DNA of 64,000 bases. Origin: Cyanophora paradoxa CCMP329 (Eukaryota > Plantae > Glaucophyta). The translations under genes were made by a program, and so were the position numbers. The notes under the pieces were generated by a model, which had not been told where the DNA came from, made no database searches, and worked only from the letters and a program-made list of their open reading frames with translations. How positions within the stretch are numbered: position 1 is the stretch's first letter; every line of letters starts with the position of its first letter. The stretch covers positions 62,001 to 126,000 of the forward strand of contig QPMI01000600.1 of the NCBI GenBank assembly GCA_004431415.1. Reading direction: 5' to 3'. Below are positions 1-12,650 of the stretch, one piece after another.

Positions 1-320
1 AGGCCCGCGGGCCGGCCCGCCCCCACCGCCGGCGCCGCCATCCCCTCCTGAACCCCGCGTGACCGCGTCTCGAGCTCGAGCTCGCCAGCACCGCAGTGTT
101 AGGAAGCTAGGCCATGCAGGTCGTGCCCCAACCCCAGGCCAGATAGGTCTGAACCGCGAACCATGCCGAATGTGCGTTGGAGCACGTTCCTGGTTTATTC
201 TCTAGATCATCAAAGCAAGCGAGCGCGAAAAGGTTTGGATACGTATACAGAAAAAGAGCCGGGCGTCTCGCCGGCGCGGCCCTGCGCCTGCACACCGCCT
301 GTTGGGACGGCGTCTGGCGG

Positions 321-1824
321 CTAGTACTCCGGGCTCTGCGGTTTCTGCGGTGAGGGGCGCCCGGCGAGGGCGGGGCGCATCGCTGACCAAGCACTGGCAC
401 ATCTTGAAGAAGAAGCCCTTCATGCCGGCCGGCTCGTCGCCCTTGTGGTACGCTGCCGCCGCGCTCAGACTGGGCCTGGCGCGGGGGCGAGCGGGCGGGC
501 GGACCCTCGGGCTGGTACGTGTATCCGCCGTCGCGCTGCGAGTAGCTCGTGTTCGAGGGGCCGCCCAGCTGTTTCCGGGTCCTGTGGCCCTTGTACATCG
601 CCTGGATCTGCAGCGCAAGGCGACGCTGAGACGACGCGCAGGGACCAGTCAAGGGGGAGCGCCGGACCTTCGCGGCGGCCTCGTCCTCCGTGAACCGCGA
701 CTGGTACCCCGACTGCTGGGCGTAGCGGGGCATCGGCGGCGGCGGCGGGGGAGGCGGCGGCGGAATGTAGCCGTTCGGGGGCCGCTGGACGTTCTGGCGA
801 GTCCTGTGGCCGCGGTACATCTGCGCCGGTCCCATCAAAAAGGAAGGAATCAGGAGCACAAAAACAAAAAGGACGAGCATACCGCCTGGATCTTCGCCGC
901 TGCTTGATCCTCGGTGTAGCCTGTAGAAGGCGTGAAAAGAGGAGAGCGTGCGGGGAAGGGAAGCGGGCGGACGGTAGGCCTGGTTCTGGGGCGGGGGAGG
1001 CGGGTAGGACTGCGCGGGGAAGCCGGAGCGCATGGAGTTGCTCTCCGGCACGGGCATCGGGGTCAAGGGCGCCTGCTGGACTGGGTCGCCTTGGAAGTTC
1101 AGAACGATGTGAAGCCGCGGCTGCACTCCCGTCTGGCTATCGCCAAGATTGTACTGCGCAGCGTGAAGCGGGGGCGGGAAGCAATGTCAGCGAGAGAACA
1201 CCGAGTTGCATCAAGATCAAATGTCAGCCGCACCCAGTTCTCCGTCCGCCCCTTGCCAGCCTGGCGGAGCTTCTGCTCGCGTGGAAAAGAGGAAGCTTAG
1301 AGCACGTGAAAACCTCGACAAACGGCTAGCGGTCACCTCGAAGTTGAGAATGAGCTTCCCACGAAGGATGTCGCCCTTGCCGGCCTTGCGCTCGAACACC
1401 TCGAACAGGACCCGATCATTCGAGTTGTCATCCACCCGGAAATCAAACTTCTGGTTCCAGGTCTGCACGCGATGCCCACTCAGCGACGCCGCGGCAATGC
1501 GAAAGGAAACGACCAACTGCGCACCGGCTTCTGCCCAATTCCCAACGTCGATTCCCTCTTCATGCCGCCTGCATCCCCACGGTCAACGCCACGGTGCAAC
1601 GCAGAGGATGCGTGAGGCGCACCCGTGCCGACGGTCAGGTTGACGATGAACTGGCGCTTTGGCTTGAACATTCCCTTCTTCTTGAATCCATCTCCATCCA
1701 GGAGCTGCCGACGACGTGCAGAGCGTGAGGACGGCGAAAGGGGGTCCGACCAACGGTCTCATTCCATGCGATGCTGGGCACGCACGTCTACTGTCAAGAC
1801 GCCGTTCCTAGAGAACTGCGCCAT
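321..1824 (-). CDS. C2-domain protein with two IQ calmodulin-binding motifs (multi-exon)
   Basis: Spliced reading MAQFSRNGVLTVD..LLDGDGFKKKGMFKPKRQFIVNLTVG..TWNQKFDFRVDDNSNDRVLFEVFERKAGKGDILRGKL (C2 fold), then a Pro-rich linker and two AAAKIQA-MYRGHRTR / IQAMYKGHRTRK IQ motifs. Boundaries approximate. Confidence 0.75.
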
Positions 1825-2100
1825 CGCGCTTGCTGTCTCTTGCTCTCGCTGCTGGTGGTTGCGAGACGTGGAATTCGCTGCAGTACGTTGCTAGGGGGTA
1901 CAGGCGCGAATGAGTGCGCAGGTCAAGGCTAGGCCTAGGGCCGGTTCGTCGAGAGACTAGGTCTACGTATACGCCCTCTACGGCGGCATGAAATCGCATG
2001 TCAAATGGAGCGCCATCACTCCATACGCGCTAGAGGCAGGTTGCACGACCGGATCTGCGCCGGGCGCCGGCGCCCCTCAGGGCCTCGCGATCGAGCTCCT

Positions 2101-2160
2101 GCGCGCGCTGCTGCGCATGCGCAAGCGCGCGCGCGCGCTGCTGCGCATGCGCAAGCGCGC
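2101..2160. repeat. 30-bp direct repeat x2 containing the palindrome TGCGCATGCGCA
   Basis: gcgcgcgctgctgcgcatgcgcaagcgcgc is present twice back to back. Confidence 0.9.
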
Positions 2161-2745
2161 GCGCGCCCCTCCCGGCATGTGCGCATGCAGCACAAGCCTC
2201 TGACTAGTGCATAGTAGCGCCGCAAATACCACGGCGACCGCCACGCCGCGCGCGCCGGCGCCAATTGCAAGCGGCTGCAGCTGCAGCTGAGCGCTAGCCG
2301 AGCCGGCGCCGGCGCCTCGCCGAGTAGCTCTTAGCTGTAGGAGCTCGAGCCGACGCCGCGGACAGTAGCTACAGCAGAGGCGCGTCAGTTGACCCGACGG
2401 TGCATGCGCTTACATGCACATGCCCTACTTTAAAAAACGCCAGCGAACGCGCGCCCCGGCCGCGGGCCCGCGGCGCGCTCGCGCGCTGCAGCTCCGTGCG
2501 CCCGGTCAGCACGCCAGACCCGGCGGCGCAGACGAATGTGCAGAAGATCCAGTTACAGGACGGGAAGAGGCAACATGCAGACGGGGAACCCGGAGTGGCG
2601 CGGGCGGACTGCGGGATTCCATGTCAGACGGCCGGCGGAGCAGGCTGCGCGCGGGGCGTCGTCGCCGTCGCCAACGTCACTCGCGCTCGGCTGCACGGAC
2701 GGGTGCGCCCACGGAAGGGATGCGTCTGTTCTCTGGAAGCTGGCA

Positions 2746-3258
2746 TCAAGGCGGCGGCGGAGGCGGAGTGGGCCCAGGCGGGTCGGGCGTAGCGCCGCGC
2801 TTCTCCAGCGCTGAGAGCAGTTTCGCCTCGTCGAGGCGGTGCCGGGCAATCTCGGAGCCGTCCAAGTGGATCTGCGGGGGTGCGTCGCGCGCGCACGCGC
2901 GTCATTGGCGGCGTTGCCCCGCGCGGCGAGCCGCGGCCTGGATGCTGACCACAGGAATGTCGTATCTGTACTCGTTGAAGAAGCGCGCGTTCTCTGGCTT
3001 GTCAATGTAGACCTCCTCGTACGCGAAGGGCACCTGCGTCGCGGTCAGCCACGGTCGACGCGGCGGGGAAGCGATGCACCCGTTGCCTTGTTTTGCCAAT
3101 CACGAACTTCACGGCGTCTGCACCGCGCGCCGTCAGCAGGCCCGCCGTGCGCGCCGCGCGAGTCACGCAAGCAAGCGCCACGCATGCACACCGCACAGGC
3201 TGCAAGTCTTTGAGGTAAACAGCGTGATCTTGGGCAGCTGCCGGGCGGCGCCCGCCAT
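2746..3258 (-). CDS. Glutaredoxin-like protein (DUF836 / YDR286C / C5orf63-like), multi-exon
   Basis: MAGAARQLPKITLFTSKTCSLC (CxxC) ..VKFVIGKTRQR..VPFAYEEVYIDKPENARFFNEYRYDIPVV..HLDGSEIARHRLDEAKLLSALEK. Confidence 0.8.
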
Positions 3259-3352
3259 TCCGACCGCTGCAAGACCACGTAGCCCCCCCAGCTACAGGCG
3301 CGCAGCGGGCCTCAGGCAGGCGCGCACGGCGGGCCTCAGGAGCTCGTGACCC

Positions 3353-6300
3353 ATGCAAGCGCGCACGGCGGGCCTGAGGAGCTCGCCCGACCTCTCCCAG
3401 CTAACGAGTGCGTCCTTCTCCGGGCGCCGGGCGATCCGCGCCCGGTGACGCGTGCTGCTCGCAGAGTCCAGCCCGCTCGAGCAGGCGAATGCGAATGACG
3501 AATCGAGCGGCTGCTGGTCCCACAAGATCACCGGACACCAGGACAGCGTCCTCTGTCTCGCCGTGCATCGGCGTACCGTCTATTCGGGCTCGCAAGATTC
3601 GACGATCCGGGTCCGCCTTGCCAGCCTCCATCGCCAGTGCTTCGCTGATCAAACGCGCTAACCTGCATCTGCGCGGGACGCCCGCGCGCACGCCAGGCCT
3701 GGGACACGTGAGTGCTGCGCGAAACTCGCTCCGCGGCCGCGCCTGACGCCTCGCGGCGGCACGATCGCAGTGAATTCTTCCACTGCACGGCCACTCTGAA
3801 GGGTGAGACGTGCTGACGCGCGCCGCCTACGCGCGCCGCTCCCTGATCGACCGTCGCCGATTGTCTCGTCAGGGCACACCCGCTCCGTGCTGGCTTTGGC
3901 CGTCGCGGACGGGCTCCTCTTCAGCTCCAGCAGCGACAACAATGTGAAGGTCCGTGTGGGCAGCCGCCAGTCGCCAGCCACCCCGTGCCCGCGGCCGATG
4001 GAGCCGACCCCACGCAGATCTGGTCCCTGGCGACGCACGAGTGCGTCATAACGCTCGCAGGGCGCGGCGGCGCCGTCCCGCGCAGCCCCGGTGCGCGCTT
4101 AACCCCTTCCGCCCTCTTTCGCTCTTTCGAGCGGCCGCCCCGCAGGCCACGTCTTCGCCCTGGCCCCGTGGGACCGCTACCTCTTCCTGGGCTGCCAGGC
4201 GCGCCCATACCCCCCGGACCACCGCGTACCCCCCGAAACCGCATGCCAGGACACGACTGTGAAGCGCGTGGACCTCGAGGCGATCGCGGAGCAGTGCCCC
4301 GAGCTGCGGGCCGCGCGCGTGCCCTCCGAGAGCTCCGGCCACGTGCGCGCCCCCGATGCCGGCGCGCGGTACCCCTCCGTCGCCCTGTGAGCGCGACGTA
4401 CCCCCCAGGGCGAGGACCGCTCGGACTCGCCGTCGGCCCCTAGCGCCGCGGCGCCGCACACGCCCGTCTCCTCCGCCGCGCAGGCCCGCGCAGGCCTCCC
4501 GCTCTCCTCCCTTCCCCCCCCCCCCTCACGGGGCGGGGTACAGGCGCGGCGGCGGTCGGTGGAGGAGGTGGTGGCGCAGCTGCGCTCCCTCGGGGCCGGC
4601 CTCGACGAGCTCCCGCACCTCCCCGTGCGCCCCCGCCCGCCCGCCCGGGCGCCACGTGGGATGCGGGGGCGAGGCCAAACCGCTCCGCCGCCGCCGCCGC
4701 CGCCGCGCAGCCTGCGAAGAAGGGCGCCGTCACATCCCCCTCCAAGACCGGCGGGGACGGCGAGGGCGAGGCGCGCCGCCCGCCCGCCCGCGCCCCTCGT
4801 CCGTCCCCGCGCTCACGCGCCCCCGCAGAGGCTCAAGCCCCGCCCGCTGCGGCTTGTCCCTGGGGAGGGCGAGGCGCGCTTTCCCGCATTCCCGCGCGAA
4901 TGCCTACCCTCCTGATCCCTCGCCCCAGGCCAAGGATTCGCCCAAGGGCGCCGAGGTACCGCGTACCCCCGCCCGTCCTTCCTGCGCTCTTAACGACGCA
5001 CTCCCCGCCAGCCGAGGACCCCCGGCGGCTTCAGCTTCCGGGCTGTCGGTACCCCCGGCTGCGTCGGCTCTCCCGACGGCGACGGCGAGGGGGCGGGGCC
5101 CTCCAACCCCTACGACCGGGTTCGCCCTATCCCCCTTCCTCTTCCCCTCCGCCCCTCGAACCCCTTGAACTCCGTGCCCCCAGAGGGAGGACCACCTGGT
5201 GTGCGGGGCGTTGGACGCGGCGGGCGTGTCTGCGGGCAGCATCGCGTGGGAGAACACCTTCTTCAGGAGGTGCGCCGCCTTCCAGGTTGCGCGCTTGAAC
5301 CGTTCTCTGAGCCGCCCGCCCAGTCGCGGGCTCGAACCCGAAGAGCCCGAGGGTGCCGTACCCCCTCCCGGTCGGCCTTGCCCTGCCTCGAACCGCCTTT
5401 CTCCCCAGGCTCCTGGGTACCGCTGAACCGCTTCTCGACGACGCTGCTGGCGGGGAAGCACCTAGGCTATGTCTACTCGCGCGTACCCCCCTCCTTAGCC
5501 TCGTACCCCCGGGGTGATCGCCCCCCGCAGGGCCGTCGCGGCGGCGGGGCGCATCTACACGGGATCGGGGGACTGCACAGTGAAGGTGCTGTACCCACGC
5601 ACCATCCGCGCCCGCCGCCCCTGACGCTGCGCCTCTCAGGTCTGGCACGCGCGCACGCTGGACTGCGAGCAGGTACGCGTACCCCCCTCCCTTTCGCGCG
5701 GTACCCCTCTCGACGCTCCGGCCAGACGCTCGAGGGCCACGAGGGGAGTGTGCTGGCGCTGGCGGTGGCGGGGGATACCCTCTATTCAGGCTCGGCCGAC
5801 CACAGCGTAAAGGCGAGCGTACCCCCCTGCCCGCCGTCTTTATCCCCTCTGACTCGCCCGGCAGGTCTGGATCTCCGACGGGACGATGTTCCACTTGAAG
5901 CGAACCCTCGCCGGCCACGGGGACGAGGCGAGCCGCCCCCGTTCCCCCCTCGTCAGCTTCCAAAAGAACCTGATGCTGTACCCCCAGGTCCTAGCTCTCT
6001 CCGTGTTCGGCCCGACGCTCTTCTCGGGGGCCGCCGACGGCGTCGTCAAGGTGCGGGGGGGTGGAGCGGGGCGGGGAGGGGTGCGACCTCTTCCGCTGAC
6101 CTCGCCGCTTTCGGCGCAGGCGTGGGACACGAAGACGCTGCAGTGCTTCCGAACGATGACGGACCCGGCGCAGACGCCGGCGCCGCCCCCGCCCGCCCCG
6201 TCTCCCTCCTCCTCCTGCCCCTCCTCCTCCTCCTCGCTGCACGCCCCGGCGCCGGCGTGCCCCCGGGCGAGCCCCTGCGGTTCCGCGGCGCCGGCAGCGG

Positions 6301-9300
6301 CCTCGTCGCCCGCAATCCTGGCGCTCACGGCCGCCTCGTGCTCGGGGGTCTTCACGGGCGGCTCCGACAACTCCCTCCGCTTCTGGGGCATCGAGTGCGC
6401 CCCCCCCCTCTCTCTCTCTGGCGCCCGTCCGGCTCGCCGAGGGGGCGGCCGCGCAGGTTCCCCGCGGACGTGGCGGCGAGCGTGGCGTCGCCGCCGGGCC
6501 TGAGCCCCGCCGACGGGCGGCGTGACAGCCTCAACGAGGACCCCGCCGACGCCGCCGGCGCCGGGCGCGCCTCCCGCAGCCTCGGGCACGCCCCGCCCCG
6601 CCCCGCCCCGCTCGCCCTCGGCCCCTCGCTTTCGGCGTGACGCGCCGGCAGCAACCTGGGGCGGAGCGGGTCGGCGCTCTGGCGGCGCGCGCAGAGCATC
6701 TGCGGCTCCTCGCACGGTCCGTCCCCCGCTCGCGCCATCTAGGGACCGTCTCCTTACCCCCCCTCCCCCCCCCCCCCTCCCCCTCTTCGAGCCGCCTCCA
6801 AAGACGCCCTGAGAGCCGCGCGCGCGCGCCGAGCTTCGAGCCGCCTCCGAGCGCGGAGCCCCGCCGCAGACCGGATGGTGGAGATGCTGCGGCGGTTCGT
6901 GGCGCTGCGGTCGGTGAGCGTCGAGCCGGCGGCGCGGGAGGAGCTCTGGAAGGCCGCCAAGTTCACCCGCAACATGCTCGTCGTCCGCGCTCTTCGCTCT
7001 CCTCTCTTTCCCTCTTTGGGCGGGGCTTAGCCTTCGGGCTCCGCGGCAGACGTTGCTGGGGGCGGAGGTGCGGTTTGCGTGCCCGCGGGAGGGGCGCGCC
7101 CCCGTCGTGCTGGCCCGCGTGGGCAACCGCCCCGAGCTCCCCACCGTCCTCTTCTACGGCCACTACGACGTCCAGGTGCGCTGTACCCCCCTCCGCTCCG
7201 CCCCCCCGCTTCTTCTGCTCTGACGGGCGCAGCCGGCGGGCTCGAGCGGGTGGCGGACGGACCCCTGGAAGCTCACCGTGCGGGCCCCGCCCGGCCCGGC
7301 CTCTCACTCGAGCTCGCGTGTTCACGCGGTCGGGCGCCGCCGCCGCAGAGCGAGGACGGGTACCTGTACGGGCGGGGCGCCACGGACAACAAGGGCCCCG
7401 TGGGTGCGCGCGCGCGCCGCGCCCTCGCCCCCCGCCCCAGCCCCACCCGACCACCTCCGACCTCCCGCAGTGGCGGTGTGCTACGCGGTGAAGGAGCTGC
7501 TGGAGGAGACGGAGGGGGAGCTCCCCGTCAACGTCGCCTTCGTCGTCGAGGGCGAGGCGCGCCCCGCCGCCCCCGGGCCCCCGCGCCCCGCCTTCCCTGG
7601 CCCCCGCTCAGCTCGCGGGGGCGCAGGAGGAGGCCAACTCGGACGGGCTCGAGGAGGCCATCCTCCGCAACCGCGAGTGGCTCGCCGACACCCAGGCGAG
7701 CAGGGGGCGGGGCGGGAGGGACGGGCCTCGCCCTGACGCCCCCCCGGCGCAGGTGATCCTGGTGTCGAACAACTACTGGCTGGGGGAGTCGCGCCCCTGC
7801 GTCACCTTCGGCATGCGCGGCCGCGTCCAGATCGAGGCGCGCCCCGCCCGCCCCCCCGCCCCGCCTCCCCGCTCACGCCCCCGCAGCTGGAGATCACGGG
7901 CTGCAAGCGGGACCTCCACTCCGGTGCGCCCCCCGCCCCCGCCCCTGTCCCCCCCGCGCCTGATTCCCCCCAGGGGTGGACGGGGGCACGGTGCACGAGC
8001 CGATGGTGGACCTCGTCGCCGTCCTCGCCCGCCTCGTCTCCCCCGACGGCCAGGCCCGCCCCGCCCCGCCCGTCTTCAGAGAGCTGGAGCTGGAGGGCGC
8101 CTCTGATCCCGGGCGGGCGGAGCAGGTGCTGATCCCGGGCTTCCACGACGACGTGCGGCCCCTCTCCCCCGACGAGGACGCCATCTACACCCAGGCCCGC
8201 CCTGTACCCATCCACTTTTGTTTGTCTCGCCTCACTCTCCGGCGCCGCAGATCACGGACTTCGACCTCGACAAGTTCTGCGAGCGCATCGGCGCCCAGCA
8301 GCTCCAGGCGCGCCCGTACCCGCCTCCCGCTTCCCCACCCCCTCCGGTCTGAACTTTTCTCGCAGGCGGAGGACGTGAAGGGGGTGCTGCTGCGGAGGTG
8401 GCGGTACCCCACGCTCACGGTGCACGGCGTGGGGCCCGACGCCGCCTGCGGGCCCTCCTTCTCCGTCATCGCCAGGCGCGCCGCTGTACCCCCGGCCGTC
8501 CCCCCCCACCCCCCCTTGCGCTCTGACTCCGCCGCAGGAGGGCCGTGGGGCGCGTCTCGATGCGCATCGTGCCCGACCAGAGCCCCGCCAAGATCTTCGA
8601 AGTGACGGGTACACGCCTCGCCCTCGGCTCCCTCCTCCTCCCCCCGCGAGCCTCTGCCGCCCGCAGCCGCCTACGTCCGATCCGTCTTCGCCGAGCTCGG
8701 CTCCAAGTGCCCTACCCCACCCCCAAAACAATGCGATATCTGTACCCCCTGACGCGCCGCAGGAACGTGCTGCAGATCCGGCAGGTGGACGCGAGCGACT
8801 GGTGGCTGGGGAACCCCCGCGGGGGCGCCTTCAAGGCCCTCGCCCGCGCCGTCCAGGCCCGTACCCCCCCCCCGCTCCTCCCCCCCTCTTCTGACTCGTC
8901 TGATTGCAGGAGGTGTGGGGGGAGCGGCCGATGTACGTGCGCGAGGGGGGCACCATCCCCGTGACCCCCTTCCTCGTGCGCCCTACCCCTCCCTGCTTTC
9001 TTCCCCCTCTGAGGCCCCGCCCCTCCGCAGGAGAAGACACTGGGGGCCCCCGCCGTGCACCTTGCGATGGGGCAGTCCTCCGACCAGGTGCCCTCCCCGC
9101 CCTCCCGCACTCGAGCTCGCCCCTCCCGCCCCTGAACTTGGCCAGGCGCACCTGGCGAACGAGCGGATCCGGTACCTGAACCTCGTGAAGGGCATGCAGG
9201 TCGTCAAGGCCTTCCTCAAGGAGGCGCCTTCCCCGCGCCCCCTCGCTTCTTCAGGCGGCCTGACGCGGGGCCGGGGCCGGGGCCGGCAGGTGGGGGCGGG

Positions 9301-9415
9301 GCGGCTGAGCGCGACGGCGCGGGAGGACCCGTCGCCGCCCTTCGGCCTCAGCGGCCTCGCCGGCATCCCCTCGGGCGGCATGTCCTTCGCCGAGCGCCTC
9401 CGCTCCCAGCACTAG
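3353..9415 (+). CDS. WD40-repeat + M20 metallopeptidase fusion (Dug2-like glutathione-degradation protein), many introns
   Basis: N-terminal WD40 repeats (GHQDSVLCLAV..YSGSQDSTIR; GHTRSVLALA; GHEGSVLALA..YSGSADHSVK). C-terminal M20 motifs FYGHYDVQ, LYGRGATDNKGP, VVEGE-EE, RDLHSG, HLANERI. Confidence 0.85.
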
Positions 9416-9684
9416 CGAGCAGTGGCCGGGGCCCCCTGCCCCGCCCGCCCCAGCCCGCCCCAGCCCGCCCGCCCGCCCGCCGTAGTTCGCTCCGTAGAAG
9501 GCGCAGTCGTAGTAAAGGCGTTGATGTGCGTTTTAGTGAGGCTTTCGCGACCTGACTCGAAACTCGAAGCGGCCCTGTGCATGCATTGCGCTCTCTTTGC
9601 GCTGCGCCGGAGAGGAAAGAAGACTGTGCATAGGCATTCAACCGAGACTGCGCGGGGGCGGAGCCAGCGCGGCCGCGGCCACGG

Positions 9685-12650
9685 CTACGCCTTCTTCGCC
9701 GGCTTGCCGGCCGCCTTGGCCGCCCCGCCCGCCGCCGCCGCCGCCGCCGGCTTGGCCGCCGCGGAGACCACCGCGCCCTTGCCGGCCGGCTGCGCCCCCG
9801 ACTCCGCCTTGACCACCGCGCCCGCCGCCGCTGCTGCTGCCGCCGCCGCCGCCTTCCTCGCCGCCGTCGGCGGCTTGCACTCGTACACCTGCCGCGGCGT
9901 CGGTACCCCCCGAGGGGCAGGGCGGTACCCCCCTGGGACCTGGATGAGGGCCTCGGAGAGGGCGACGATCTGGGGGATGATCTCCGACACGTTCAGGTCC
10001 TGCAGGTCGTACCACTGCGCCGAGGCGCGTCAGGGAGGGGGTGCGACAGCGCACGGACGGGGGCGGCGCCGCGCGCCTGCTCGGAGGCCTTGTGGATGGC
10101 GTAGACCTGCGGGGGGCCGTGAGCGAGCGAGCGAGAGGAGAGGGGGAGGGGCGGAAAGCGGGCCTTGTAGATGCCGGCGTTGGGCTTGCCCTCGTGCGCC
10201 ACGTTCGCCACCAGGTCGTACTTCGTCGACGCCACCGCCGCCGCCCCCGCCTGCCGCTCCCCCTTCAGGCCTCCCGGCCGGGCGGAGCGGGGCGGGGCTG
10301 GGCGGGGCGGGGCGGGGCGAGCCTCGCCGGAGGGCCCCGGGTCGGCAGAGGGGACGAGGGCGGCCCCCGCGGGGTCCGGCAGGTAGTCCTTCAGCTCCAG
10401 GTTCTTCACAGGGAAGTTCACCTGAGCCGGCGGTCGGATCGGATCGCGCTGCGGGGTGCGGGGGGCGGGGGCGCGCGGCGCACGATGGTAGGGTTCTTCT
10501 CGTCGAAGAACGTGTTCTTCGTGAACCGCTGCGCCGAAACGATTCAAGGGGCGGAAGGGGAGGGGACGGCGCCGGCGGGGCCCGGGCCGGACCTTGATGT
10601 CGAAAATGAGGTACCGGGGCAGCCGCTTGATCCGGTACCTCTTCCGCTCCTGCGGGGGTACGCCGTTGGCCGTCGGGGGAAGAGAGGGGGGGGGAGGACA
10701 GGAGTACCTGCGTGGCGTTGAACTCCTTCCACGTGACGCCGTTGTACTTGTCCAGCAGCGTGAAGAGGGGGATCTGGGGGGGAGGAGGGGTATGAGAGCC
10801 CTCGGATGCGCCGCCTGTACCCCGGCGGACAGACCTGGGGGATGATGTTGCGCTCCTGGGCGTCCTTGAAGAGGGGCGGGGGGGGCAGGTCGAGCCCCAG
10901 GAAGCTGCGGTACCCCCGCCCGTGAGGAACCGTCCACGCTTTGCCCGCGGGAGCCCGGTACCCCCCGCGCACAGGAAGGGTACGGTCTCGGTGGAGGCGA
11001 TCTTGGGGAGGGTCTCGTAGTCGGGCGGGCCCTCCTCCTCCTCCTTCACCTCGCCCCCGGCCGCCTTCGCCTGCGAGCGGGGTACGCGTGAGGAACGGGA
11101 ACAGAGATGGCGTACCCCAACGGGGGCGCACGGCCTCCTCCTTCTCGCGCTTGGCCTTCTTGATCTTCTCCTTGTCGAGCTTCTCGGTCAGCACCTCGAC
11201 CTCCCCCTGGAACGTCTTGTAGATGATGCCTGCGCGGAGTTCGTTTGGCCCGGCCCCGTGCATATCGTCGCGGGGCCGGCGCGGGGCGCACTCGAGTCGC
11301 GCTTCTTCGTGCCCCCGAGGTCCTGCGCGAGCAGCGGCGTCGGCGCCCGGCAGGGAGGGGGGGAGGGGGGAAGCGGGAGCCAAGGGGTACCTTGTGCAGG
11401 GTGTTCAGCAGCCAGATGAGGAAATCGGAGGGGTCCCCTTGCTTCCCGATTAGGAAGCGCTTGTTCGAGACGATCGAGACCGCCTGAGCGCGGGTTCGAC
11501 CCCCGCCGCGGCCCGTTTCGCGGGGATTGGGGTACGCGGACCTGCACGAACTCGTGCGGGGAGACCTGCGGGGGGTGCGGGCCCTCAGGGCGGGGCGGAA
11601 GGGGCCCGGGCGGGATCCGAACCTGGTCCTTGAAGTTGAGGGGGTTCCAGACCTTGCGCACGAGCTCGCCGAAGCGCTGCACGAGGAGGCTCTTGCACTG
11701 CGCCGGCCCTCAGCTCGGCGGGGGTGGGGCGGGAGGGGCGGAGCGGAGAGGGGTACGCACGCTGGAGTAGTTTTCGGGGAACAGGAAGAAGTCTCGCAGG
11801 GGCGAGACGCGGACGAGGGACTGGATGACGACGTTGATGTAGTCGGTCTGCGCTCCAAAGCGCGTCAGGGGGTACGGCATCGCTTGCGCTGGGGACGGGG
11901 GTACGCGCCTCCTTGATGTTGTTGAGGCCGACGGTGCCGGGGATGAAATCCCTGCGGGCCGGGGCCTTAGCTAAGGGGGCGGGGGGGGGGGGGCGGGGCG
12001 GGGGCGCGCTTGTTCTCGAGCGTGCGCGAGTAGATGACCTCCGTGTCGAACCGCGCGACTTGCGGCAGCTTGAACGACGGGTTCAGCGCTTGCTGCGCGG
12101 CGCCCTCAGCGGGCGGGCGGGCGGCGGGGCGGGGCGGGGCGGGGCGGGCGGACGCGCCTTGACGTCCGAGAGCGACGCATCGTCGACCTCGTAGCCGTCC
12201 GGGAGACAGTAGACCTGCGCCGCCGCGGCGGCCGGTCGGTCGCGGGCTGGAGGCGCGACGCGGGCCCGCGGCCCGGGGCGGCGGAGCGGGTCTCACGTTG
12301 TCAGTGTGCAGGTTCATAAACACGTGGTGGTTCGCCTGCAGCGAGTGGAAGTACGCGTGCGAGCCCTTGCCGCGGCCTGGTGCGATGGGCATCGGCGGCG
12401 CGGGCAGGCGGAGCGCGCGGCGAACGACCGCACCCTGGAAGTACTTGCCGCAGACGAGGCAGGCGTACACGTTGATGTTCGTCAGGGAGACGGAGCACAC
12501 CTTCTCGAAGTCGAAGTCCAGCATGTGGCGGTCGACGGTGTCCAGGTACGGGCAGACCCGCCTCTGCTTCTTGGACGACGGCTGGCCGTTCGAGGGCCCG
12601 TCCGCAGGCGCGTCCGGCAACTCCAGGTCCGCGCGGTGCTTCTCCGCCAT
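9685..12650 (-). CDS. USP39: U4/U6.U5 tri-snRNP-associated protein 2 (USP39/Sad1; ZnF-UBP + inactive UCH domain)
   Basis: CPYLDTVDRHMLDFDFEKVCSVSLTNINVYACLVCGKYFQG..HAYFHSL..HHVFMNL; QRFGELVRKVWNP; VSPHEFVQ; DLPPPPLFKD..NIIPQ; FFDEKNPTIVNFPVKN; MSEIIPQIVALSE. Confidence 0.95.
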
